Of a DNA stretch of 39,070 nt, positions 30,806 through 38,865 are shown piece after piece. The notes under the pieces were generated by a model that ran no database searches, was not told the origin of the DNA, and saw nothing but the letters and a program-made list of their open reading frames with translations. The position numbers were made by a program, and so were the translations under genes. This stretch comes from Thermoplasmatota archaeon (GTDB lineage Archaea > Thermoplasmatota > Penumbrarchaeia > Penumbrarchaeales > Penumbrarchaeaceae), in contig CBDDUX010000067.1 in assembly GCA_965234725.1 (NCBI GenBank), positions 1-39,070 on the forward strand. Direction: 5' to 3'. Within the stretch, counting starts at the first letter, position 1; every line of letters begins with the position of its first letter.

Positions 30806-31723
30806 TTATCCTGTCCATATGACTTTGAACATATTGCCCTCCAGTTGGATCAGACTGATCGTGTATTCTCCTCTCACCTTTGCCCGGGAATGCTTTGCAA
30901 ATTCAATTGCATCCTTGGTGAATCCTTTTGAGGATAATATTCCGATCTCGAGTGGATATTTTGACCAGTTCAAGACTTCTTCACAATCGGCTTTGAACTC
31001 ACCAATATCTTTGACCGTGACCTCTTTCTTATAATATTTCATAAGAATTACTTCGGTCCTGAAGAAGAACCTCAAGATCATCAGAACGAATATGGTAAGT
31101 ACAATGAACTCAAGGACTCCTAGTAGAATGAAATTGATGATCGAGTCAAATTGAGAATATATTATTGCTTCAACAAAGATGGTAGCGAGCAAGAACAGGA
31201 TCAATGCTATGGTGACAATGTAAATTAGCGAATTCTGATTGTTCTTGTAATAGATATCAAACGTATGTGATTTCCCATTTCTTTTTACAGTTTTCTTGAG
31301 GAATCCTTTGAAATCATTGATCCCAAGATAGAAAACATCGTCAAGCCTGTTGATCAGGTCCTCCAATATCTTATCCTTGTTAACAGGGAACATCTCCATC
31401 TTGACCTTGAACCTGATGGGTTTGATCTTGTCAGTGATCTTCATGAACGGTTTGAAGAACTTCAGGACTGATGTTAAAAGGATCAGACCAAAGAAGAATA
31501 CTGAAAAAGCACCGAAGATGCACAATTCATCCAGGATCCAGGTATCAGGATCGATCGCCCACAGAATAAATACCGCTGTGAAAAAAACAACCGATAGTCC
31601 CTCCATAAGTATGGAGAAAAGGAAAAATGGTATCTTGCTCGATATCTTAAAAAGGTCGTCTCCTAGCGTAGTTACCTTTGTGGTATCAAATGCTTGAAAG
31701 GAGTTGTCCTTCTTATCTGACAC
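30806..31723 (-). CDS. 4-TM membrane protein with an Mrr-like (PD-(D/E)XK) domain interrupted by a TM hairpin
   Basis: GKSHTFDIY, then two TM helices, then VILMKYYKKEVTVKDI...GILSSKGFTKDAIEFAK (Mrr-type S.xGFT..A motif). GTG start with TATA-like TTATAAT about 25-30 nt upstream. Confidence 0.78.
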   Translation of the reverse strand: MSDKKDNSFQAFDTTKVTTLGDDLFKISSKIPFFLFSILMEGLSVVFFTAVFILWAIDPDTWILDELCIFGAFSVFFFGLILLTSVLKFFKPFMKITDKIKPIRFKVKMEMFPVNKDKILEDLINRLDDVFYLGINDFKGFLKKTVKRNGKSHTFDIYYKNNQNSLIYIVTIALILFLLATIFVEAIIYSQFDSIINFILLGVLEFIVLTIFVLMILRFFFRTEVILMKYYKKEVTVKDIGEFKADCEEVLNWSKYPLEIGILSSKGFTKDAIEFAKHSRAKVRGEYTISLIQLEGNMFKVIWTG

Positions 31724-31750
31724 AGTAGTACATTACATTCCTGTATATTA

Positions 31751-31785
31751 TAAGGGGGTGTGGAATTCAATTCCACACCTCTTTA
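31751..31785. promoter_or_regulatory. Palindromic candidate operator between divergent promoters
   Basis: Perfect 11-1-11 inverted repeat GGTGTGGAATT-C-AATTCCACACC at 31757-31779, extending imperfectly to 31751-31785. Confidence 0.65.
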
Positions 31786-31866
31786 ATTGTGATACAATGG
31801 TGTTCACTATCATTCATTCCGGGTATATATCCCGATTAGGACAATATCCTTCTCGAGGTGTATCAA

Positions 31867-31956
31867 ATGAGCAACATCGGAATGAAAACAAACGGAAATG
31901 ACGCATGTGTATGGCTGAGAAATGTGAACAAATGCTTCCCTGTCTATAGCAGGTGA
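31867..31956 (+). CDS. Array peptide 1: MSNIGMKTNGNDACVWLRNVNKCFPVYSR (29 aa)
   Basis: GAGGTG SD at 31855-31860, TATA-like TATATAT at 31824-31830, and the shared C-terminal motif. Confidence 0.85.
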   Translation: MSNIGMKTNGNDACVWLRNVNKCFPVYSR

Positions 31957-31992
31957 ATGAACGGGAGATCATCGTTATAGGAGGGATGCAAA

Positions 31993-32067
31993 ATGAATGG
32001 AAAAGAAAATGTAAATGATGTCTGGCTGAGAAATGTGAACAAATCCTTCCCTGTTTATTACAGGTGA
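31993..32067 (+). CDS. Array peptide 2: MNGKENVNDVWLRNVNKSFPVYYR (24 aa)
   Basis: GGAGG SD about 8 nt upstream and the shared C-terminal motif. Confidence 0.85.
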   Translation: MNGKENVNDVWLRNVNKSFPVYYR

Positions 32068-32097
32068 AAGAAACCGAGGTAGTAAGGAGGGAAGAAA

Positions 32098-32187
32098 ATG
32101 AGCAATATGGGAATGAGATCATGTGGAAACGGCGCGGAACCCTGGATCAGGAACGTCAACAAGAGCTATCCGATCTACTTCAGGTGA
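32098..32187 (+). CDS. Array peptide 3: MSNMGMRSCGNGAEPWIRNVNKSYPIYFR (29 aa)
   Basis: AGGAGG SD. The motif is kept through synonymous codon changes, and the MSNxGM...GN N-terminus is shared with peptide 1. Confidence 0.85.
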   Translation: MSNMGMRSCGNGAEPWIRNVNKSYPIYFR

Positions 32188-32211
32188 TCGGAAAAGAAGG
32201 TGGTGAAAAAG

Positions 32212-32280
32212 ATGGAAATCTCGGGTTCGGAAAAATGGTTGAGGAACGTGAACAGATATTACCCTCTCTTCATGAGGTAG
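32212..32280 (+). CDS. Array peptide 4: MEISGSEKWLRNVNRYYPLFMR (22 aa)
   Basis: GGTGGTGA SD, shared C-terminal motif, TAG stop. Confidence 0.83.
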   Translation: MEISGSEKWLRNVNRYYPLFMR

Positions 32281-32307
32281 TATCGGTAACCAGCAGGAGG
32301 GAAGTAA

Positions 32308-32376
32308 ATGGAAGAAAACGTGTCAACGGTCTGCATGAGAAATCTCAGAAAAAATTATCCAGTATTTCCAAGGTAA
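32308..32376 (+). CDS. Array peptide 5 (divergent): MEENVSTVCMRNLRKNYPVFPR (22 aa)
   Basis: AGGAGG SD. RN....YPVF.R-stop falls in the same register as peptides 1-4. TAA stop. Confidence 0.75.
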   Translation: MEENVSTVCMRNLRKNYPVFPR

Positions 32377-32428
32377 TCAGGTTAAATATTCACTATCCAA
32401 TGTTATTCGAGGATGGATCCCAAAAAAG

Positions 32429-32497
32429 TGATCTCGATCGATCCTTCATGGAAGGGATGGAGGATCGATCGGATCATACAACTTATGATCATTTTTT
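32429..32497 (+). terminator. Double hairpin plus T-tract closing the peptide array
   Basis: CGATCGATCCTTCAT (32435-32449) pairs with ATGGAGGATCGATCG (32457-32471). It is followed by GATCATA-CAACT-TATGATC (32472-32490) and TTTTTT (32492-32497). Confidence 0.6.
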
Positions 32498-32535
32498 CGT
32501 TGATAATAATAAAACTTTTTTAAGGGGGTTGAAGA

Positions 32536-35500
32536 ATGAATAAGATCTTGTATTTAATTGCGGCCATTTCAATGATAACATTACCCTTTGGGGTATTGGA
32601 TCAGAATGCAGATAGCAGTAATGTTTTACAAACCGAACCCTGTCGAGGACTAAACGAATGGGATTCAAGTCATTCTATCTCCGAGGCTGTGACCGCTTCT
32701 TTCTTGGGCCAGAATAATGAGACAAAATCAGGATACTCAACATCAATCGTCGGTGATCTGGACGGTGATGGATATGACGATATTGCCATATCTGCAATCG
32801 AAAGCAATATCAGTTCAGGACACTCAGGTCAGGTGTATATATATTTTGGAAGAAAAACGGGATGGCAGTATAATATGTCCCTTCTTGATGCGGATGCGTC
32901 ATTTCACGGTGAACGAACTGGTGACAGGATCGGTACATCTGTATCCGGAGCGGGTGATGTAAACAGGGATGGATTCGAGGACTTACTCATTGGGACCCAT
33001 GCTTATCCCGGTGGGAATAATAAAGGAAAAACTTACCTATTTTTCGGAAAGCCAAAGGACCAGTGGAATATGGGTGTGAACATAAGCAGTTCCGATGCAT
33101 CATTTATTGGACAATCCCAGGGGGACATGGCGGGTGAGGTTTCTGGTGTGGGTGATGTCAACGATGATGGTTTCTCTGATTTCATGATAGGCGCATCGAG
33201 GCATGGATCCGGGAAAGGAATAAGTTATCTATTTTTTGGAAAAGATTCTGGATGGTCCAATGAGATGGGTGTCACAACAGCAAACGCATCTTACGTAGGG
33301 GAATCAGAGGGAGACATGTCAGGTTACAGGATTTGCGGTGTGGGGAATGTCAACCGGGATGATTACGATGATATTTTGATCAGCGCCCCTGGTAGAAATG
33401 AAAACCAGGGAAAGACCTATCTGGTCCTTGGAATGGAAACCGGTTGGTCAAAAAACAATCCCTTATCTGTAGCTAATGCTTCATTTATTGGTGAAGTTAA
33501 AGGGGATCGATCCGGGATGGCAATTTCCGGATGGGGTGATGCGAATGGTGATGGTATAGATGATATCCTCATTGGGGCGGGTTATAATGATGAGGGTGGT
33601 AAGGATTCGGGTCAATCATACCTGATCTTCGGAAGGCTCTATGGATGGAAGAAGGATATGTTACTTTCAGATTCTGATGCATCCTTCATAGGATCTCCAG
33701 GAAGTCTTTCAGGATGGGCATTATCAATATCAGGAGATATCAACAGTGATACATTGGATGACCTTGTCATTAGCGGTCCTGATTACATTATCGGGACGGA
33801 AAAGATTGGAATTGTCTATATGGTCTATGGCAGGGAATCCAATTGGAGCATGGACATGGACCTCGTAAATTCTAATGCAGTCTTTATCGGTGAGAATGTT
33901 TCAGATTCCTTCGGATATTCTCTATCAACAAGCGGAGATGTAAATGGTGATGGTAATGAAGATATCCTTATCGGAGCACCTTTAAATGATAAGGGTGGAC
34001 TGGATTCGGGTCAAACATATTTGGTCCTGGGAAAAGGTTTCTCCTGGAGGATGAATACACCTCTCTCTCTCGCTGATTCCTCTTTCGTAGGAGAAAATCC
34101 AAGAGATTTCTTTGGATATGAATGTGCTGTAGTTGGGGATGTAAATGGTGACGGATTCAATGATTGGGTAGTATGTGCATACCTTAATGACGAATCATAT
34201 GAGGATGCGGGCCAGGTATACCTATTTCTAGGGAGAGAAAATAATTGGGGACATGATTTTAACATATCCAATGCAGATGCTTCTTTCCTGGGAGAGAATC
34301 ATGGAGATAATATCGGTCCAATGTGTGGTTCTGGAGATGTTAATAATGACGGATTCGATGATTTCTTGATAAGTTCACCATGGAATGATCAAAGTGGGAC
34401 AAATGCAGGGAAAGTATACCTTATATTAGGTAAGAAGAACGGTTGGGAAATGGACACGCCTCTTTCAGAAGCTGATGCTTCCTTTTTAGGAGAGAACGCT
34501 GAAGATGAGGCAGGAATAGGGACCAGTATTCAAGGAGATGTAAACGGAGACGGATTCGATGATATTCTCATAGGTGCTCCATATAATGACGAAAGTATCA
34601 ACGATGCAGGAAAAACATATCTATTATTCGGAAAGGATGGAGGATGGGTTAACAATATTAGCCTTTCCCAGGCTGATGCATCTTATCTTGGAGTTAATTC
34701 GGGAGCATCATCAGGGATGACTCCATGCATTCAAGGAGATATAAATGGAGATGGATTTGATGACATCCTCATACCAAATCGTCCTGGTCTTGATTCACGG
34801 ATTGGTGAAGTATATTTGATTTTTGGAAAGAGTTTCGGATTTATGAAAAACAAGTCATTGTTATTGTCGGATGCTTCATTTATTGAAGAATTTCAGGCAG
34901 ATCGCTTTGGTGGAATGGAAGGTCCAGCTGGAGATATAAATGGTGATGGACTTGATGATATTTTAATAACTGCTGGGACAGCCACTAGTAATGGAAAAGC
35001 GACGGGAAAAGCTTATCTCTATTTTGGAAGGAGCTCCGGCTGGAAAATGAAGATCAATGTTTCTGAAGCAGATGTCACATTTATTGGGGAGAACGATGGT
35101 GATTATATCGTTGTAGCAACAGGAGATGGAGATCTTAATGATGACGGATATGACGATATTATCATTGGAGCTCCCTACAATAGTAATGCTGGGTATCTGT
35201 ATGGCAACACTTATGTTATCTTCGGACAACCTAGTGGTTATCCAAGGAATTATTCACTGAGCGAGGCGGATGCTTCTTTTGTGGGCTTGAGATATTATAA
35301 TTTGGCCGGAATGTCTTGTTATATTTTGGGAGATGTGAATAATGATGGATTCGATGACTTCTTTACAACTTCAATATTCAATAATAATGGAGGTTTATAT
35401 GAAGGGAAGGGATATCTTATATACGGTCGAAAATTTCTTGGAGCAAGACCACAGATCACTCTCAACAAGACCTACATTTCAAGTCAACTTGACGGCAATA

Positions 35501-37626
35501 GATCCATAAAGGGAGAGCTCGAGATCAAATGGGAGGCCTGGGATGAGGAGAGTGCGGATGATCTATCCATCTCAATTTTCTATAGACGCGGAGAAACTGG
35601 TTGGAAATTGATCGCAAACAATCTGGAAAACACTGGGTCCTATATCTGGAATACAAATAAACCTAGAGTGAAAGATGGATCCAAATATTATATCATGGTC
35701 AAGGCTGAAGATGAAAATGAACAGATCAGTTCTTCGGAATTGGATTTCAGTTTCAGGATCGATAATCCGGATCCTCCATCGATAAGGATATTATCTCCAG
35801 GTCTTGGAGAGATCATCACTGGCCAGTCAACGGTTGAATGGAGGGCGGAGGATGATGAGGACCAGGGAATAGACCTGAAAGTTGACCTTTTCTTCTCAGA
35901 AGATAGCGGTGAGAATTATACTCTCCTTGCTTCGGACCTTAAATATTCGGATTCTTTCACATATGATACATCCGATTATCCGGATGGCTATTATTATCGG
36001 TTCAAATTGACGGTCAGGGATACTTCCGGTCTTGAAACCAGTATCGAGACGATGAACATCCAGTTCCTCAATGATCCCAAGATAGAGATCCTTCTACCAA
36101 TGGAAGGCGATGTTATTTCAGAAATCTACAAGATCAGATGGATCGCCTCGGATCCAGGGGATTTCGATCCGGATCTTCTCGTATCTATATGGTTATCATG
36201 GGATATGGGTCAGAGTTATGATCTGGTAATGAAGGACCGTCTAAATACTGGTGAATACGAGATAGATACAACTGAATATCCAGATAGCAAGGAATGTATG
36301 CTGAAAATGGAGGTCAGTGATCCATCTGGGAAGAACCATACAGCAGTGTCAGATGTATTCACCATTCTGAATACAGATCCTCCGAAAGTAGTTTTCACAG
36401 GACCTCCAACAGGTGAGGTTTATTCCAAGACTATCAAATTAACCTGGAATGCTACAGATGATGAGGATGGTCCGGGAGCTCTTCTCTATTCATTGTATTA
36501 TCAATTCCATGGAGATGAGATGTGGTACCAACTTGAACACTTACAGCCAAATAACGGATTTCTCGATCTGGACACATTAAGCCTTGTAACAGGTGATGGG
36601 AAATATACCCTTATGATAAGGGTGCAGGATACCTATCTTGAGGTATCAGAACCCTCATATCTGGAGATAGAGGTCTATAATCCCGATTACCCCGAGATAA
36701 AATATCCGTTTGGTCCTTACTTCCCCATAAGAGATGGGATTGCCGATTTTGAATGGTATGCAACTGATCCTGATCCCGGAGAGGAAGATCAGCTTCTGGT
36801 TTGGTACTATGTATCCATCGATGGTGAAGAATGGACAACCATGGTGGATGGCATATTGAATGAAAACCAGCTATCCATGGATGTTTCCGGTCTTCAGGAT
36901 GATGAATATTTTGTCAAGATGAAGGTATCCGACGATCAGCCCGGTGAAAATGAGAGGTCTGTAGAGGTTGTCCTTGATCAGAAAATGGTTCTAAATAACC
37001 AAAATGATCCGCCGGAGGTGGAAGTTATTGAAGGTCCCAGCTCAGATGTGGAATATTCGAATGATATTACCTTCACATGGACTGGATCGGATCCTGATGG
37101 GGACGACATATCATATACACTATTTTATAGGCTAAAGGACAGCTCGAATTGGATACCAATACCAGGAGCTCAGGACATAAAAGAAACAACCTATACTTGG
37201 AACGTTTCCAAGTTAGATGAAGGATTTTATCAGGTGAAGATCGTTGGGAAGGAGGATTATATTGAGGAGCTTGAGAGTGAATGGATCTCCGAGGAGTTCT
37301 ATGTGAAACCAGTGAAACTTGATATTGGGAACGAGGATCGGGAGGTCACCGTGAATTACGGACTTCTCATAGGTATCGCAGCTGGATTCACAGTACTTGT
37401 AATGGTGATCGTATGGATACTTTTCCTTAATGCAAGGAAAAGGGAAACCAGTGAGATAGTGCATCCGGACGATCTTGATCCAAGTAATCAGGAAGGATCT
37501 AAGGAAGCAGTCCCAGATGAAATCAATGAAGGGGATCTGGATGAGGTTTTCACTCCACCTCCTGATCCATTAACCACTTTGGAGGGAACTCCACAGGATT
37601 CTGAGGGAGGTAACTTGGAGGAATGA
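32536..37626 (+). CDS. Surface protein with 14 FG-GAP repeats (probably two 7-bladed propellers), Ig-like stalk and C-terminal TM helix
   Basis: Fourteen G(D/N)xNxDGxxD-type repeats with ADASF.GE and G.TYL.FG, repeated N.DPP...I.W.A.D Ig-like units, signal peptide, TM helix and acidic tail. Confidence 0.93.
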   Translation: MNKILYLIAAISMITLPFGVLDQNADSSNVLQTEPCRGLNEWDSSHSISEAVTASFLGQNNETKSGYSTSIVGDLDGDGYDDIAISAIESNISSGHSGQVYIYFGRKTGWQYNMSLLDADASFHGERTGDRIGTSVSGAGDVNRDGFEDLLIGTHAYPGGNNKGKTYLFFGKPKDQWNMGVNISSSDASFIGQSQGDMAGEVSGVGDVNDDGFSDFMIGASRHGSGKGISYLFFGKDSGWSNEMGVTTANASYVGESEGDMSGYRICGVGNVNRDDYDDILISAPGRNENQGKTYLVLGMETGWSKNNPLSVANASFIGEVKGDRSGMAISGWGDANGDGIDDILIGAGYNDEGGKDSGQSYLIFGRLYGWKKDMLLSDSDASFIGSPGSLSGWALSISGDINSDTLDDLVISGPDYIIGTEKIGIVYMVYGRESNWSMDMDLVNSNAVFIGENVSDSFGYSLSTSGDVNGDGNEDILIGAPLNDKGGLDSGQTYLVLGKGFSWRMNTPLSLADSSFVGENPRDFFGYECAVVGDVNGDGFNDWVVCAYLNDESYEDAGQVYLFLGRENNWGHDFNISNADASFLGENHGDNIGPMCGSGDVNNDGFDDFLISSPWNDQSGTNAGKVYLILGKKNGWEMDTPLSEADASFLGENAEDEAGIGTSIQGDVNGDGFDDILIGAPYNDESINDAGKTYLLFGKDGGWVNNISLSQADASYLGVNSGASSGMTPCIQGDINGDGFDDILIPNRPGLDSRIGEVYLIFGKSFGFMKNKSLLLSDASFIEEFQADRFGGMEGPAGDINGDGLDDILITAGTATSNGKATGKAYLYFGRSSGWKMKINVSEADVTFIGENDGDYIVVATGDGDLNDDGYDDIIIGAPYNSNAGYLYGNTYVIFGQPSGYPRNYSLSEADASFVGLRYYNLAGMSCYILGDVNNDGFDDFFTTSIFNNNGGLYEGKGYLIYGRKFLGARPQITLNKTYISSQLDGNRSIKGELEIKWEAWDEESADDLSISIFYRRGETGWKLIANNLENTGSYIWNTNKPRVKDGSKYYIMVKAEDENEQISSSELDFSFRIDNPDPPSIRILSPGLGEIITGQSTVEWRAEDDEDQGIDLKVDLFFSEDSGENYTLLASDLKYSDSFTYDTSDYPDGYYYRFKLTVRDTSGLETSIETMNIQFLNDPKIEILLPMEGDVISEIYKIRWIASDPGDFDPDLLVSIWLSWDMGQSYDLVMKDRLNTGEYEIDTTEYPDSKECMLKMEVSDPSGKNHTAVSDVFTILNTDPPKVVFTGPPTGEVYSKTIKLTWNATDDEDGPGALLYSLYYQFHGDEMWYQLEHLQPNNGFLDLDTLSLVTGDGKYTLMIRVQDTYLEVSEPSYLEIEVYNPDYPEIKYPFGPYFPIRDGIADFEWYATDPDPGEEDQLLVWYYVSIDGEEWTTMVDGILNENQLSMDVSGLQDDEYFVKMKVSDDQPGENERSVEVVLDQKMVLNNQNDPPEVEVIEGPSSDVEYSNDITFTWTGSDPDGDDISYTLFYRLKDSSNWIPIPGAQDIKETTYTWNVSKLDEGFYQVKIVGKEDYIEELESEWISEEFYVKPVKLDIGNEDREVTVNYGLLIGIAAGFTVLVMVIVWILFLNARKRETSEIVHPDDLDPSNQEGSKEAVPDEINEGDLDEVFTPPPDPLTTLEGTPQDSEGGNLEE

Positions 37627-37642
37627 TCACATATCGGTCCTT

Positions 37643-37750
37643 GACCGATGGCACTCTGGACGTGGGGTTAAGAAGAGAGATTTGAATGCGTGAATGAACA
37701 TGGAAGAGCTGCCAAGGCCCTCCCCATCCCGGTAGGGGAGGGCCGCTATT
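37643..37750. repeat. ~110-nt non-coding element, copy 2 (direct repeat of 26390-26499)
   Basis: Near-identical to copy 1. Differences are five substitutions in the 5' part and a different hairpin interior; the GGCCCTCCC/GGGAGGGCC stem is retained. Confidence 0.92.
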
Positions 37751-37849
37751 ACCTTGATTGAAATTTCTGAGGCAACTTTACAATCTCTCATGGATCCTCT
37801 CGAGGTTCTCCGAGACGATCTTTCTCTGGACCTTCGGAGCTCCTTCCCT

Positions 37850-38827
37850 TTACCCTTGTCTTATTATTGAGTATTTGTAGATCCCCTTCGAAACATCCTT
37901 GGATATCTTCCCTCTATTTTCCAGGAACCTGATATGTGCCAAAGCTTCTCCCAGGGCGAACCATTTCTGCATTATGGGGAAGTCCTCGAATTTCTTTATC
38001 GTCAGGTCCCAGGTCATTTGAGAAGCGATCTCAAATCCGGTCATGGATCCTCCTCCAACGATACTTATAACCTCATCTGCCCTTTGAATGTGGTGATGGA
38101 TCAACTCATCTATCCTCCTTTCATGGTCTTCTATTAATGACCGATGGCCAGGCAGAGTGGTCTCTACATCAAGGTCCTTCACCATTTCTAATGATTTGAT
38201 ATAATCCGAAAGGGGATCTCCTTCCCCATCCCAGAGAGAGATATTTGGAGTGATGCCCCCTAGTATATGGTCACCGGAAAACAGCACCTTGTTCTTCTCA
38301 TCGTAAAGACACATATGTCCGTCAGTATGGCCCGGAGTATGGACGGCTTTCAGGTCATAGGACCCTATGTGGAAATCTTCTCCATCCATCACTCTGTGAA
38401 GATCCATTGGTCCGAGAGGGCCGTATTTATACCCGGGATGCTTTTTAATGGAATCTTCGGGGTTCAGGTCGGGAAATCCATTTTCCACCGCAAAGGAATG
38501 CATTTTGGTCCAGTATTCCGATTCCTCAATTGCTTCAATATCTTCCTTGCCAAGGTAGACCTTGTTCTTACCCTTCGAGATATATGGTGCCAGGCCCAAA
38601 TGGTCGGCATGAAGGTGGGTCACGAAAACATCTGTGACGGAGAGATCGATCTCCAGCATAGACAATTCATGGTCCAGGACCTCGATACATTCCGATCTGT
38701 TCATCCCAGTATCCACGATCAGATTCCTATCCTCTCCCATAATAACATATGAATTCACCGATCGGAGAGGATTCCTTGGAAGCGGAAGTTCTATCCTGAA
38801 AATTCCTTGAAGGACCTCCTGGGCCAT
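37850..38827 (-). CDS. Metallo-beta-lactamase-fold hydrolase with a C-terminal wHTH-like extension
   Basis: THLHADHLG, HTPGHTDGH, FSGDHIL..ITPN and LPGH. Start placed at MAQEVLQG (38827); the upstream in-frame extension looks non-coding. Confidence 0.92.
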   Translation of the reverse strand: MAQEVLQGIFRIELPLPRNPLRSVNSYVIMGEDRNLIVDTGMNRSECIEVLDHELSMLEIDLSVTDVFVTHLHADHLGLAPYISKGKNKVYLGKEDIEAIEESEYWTKMHSFAVENGFPDLNPEDSIKKHPGYKYGPLGPMDLHRVMDGEDFHIGSYDLKAVHTPGHTDGHMCLYDEKNKVLFSGDHILGGITPNISLWDGEGDPLSDYIKSLEMVKDLDVETTLPGHRSLIEDHERRIDELIHHHIQRADEVISIVGGGSMTGFEIASQMTWDLTIKKFEDFPIMQKWFALGEALAHIRFLENRGKISKDVSKGIYKYSIIRQG

Positions 38828-38865
38828 AAACGATGGAATACCAACTGGGTATTGAACATTGCCCT

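Noticed and set aside
31814..32122. 102-aa minus-strand ORF with a repeated ICSHFSA
   Set aside because: It is the antisense reading of peptides 1 and 2 and has no independent coding signals.
31905..32376. Possible CRISPR array (recurring GAGAAATGTGAACAAA-like units)
   Set aside because: The units diverge at third codon positions, the periods are irregular (96-126 nt), and no cas genes are present.
32376..32412. Possible sixth degenerate peptide (IRLNIHYPMLF)
   Set aside because: It has no start codon, SD or terminal Arg-stop, and the resemblance could be chance.
32064..32543. 159-aa ORF from the ORF track
   Set aside because: It is a shadow frame over peptides 3-5. The synonymous substitution pattern, SD sites and aligned stops all support the peptide frame, and this frame is closed by stops over peptides 1-2.
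547..38752. Numerous 60-170 aa ORFs nested in or antisense to the long genes
   Set aside because: They overlap well-supported CDSs and show no recognisable motifs.
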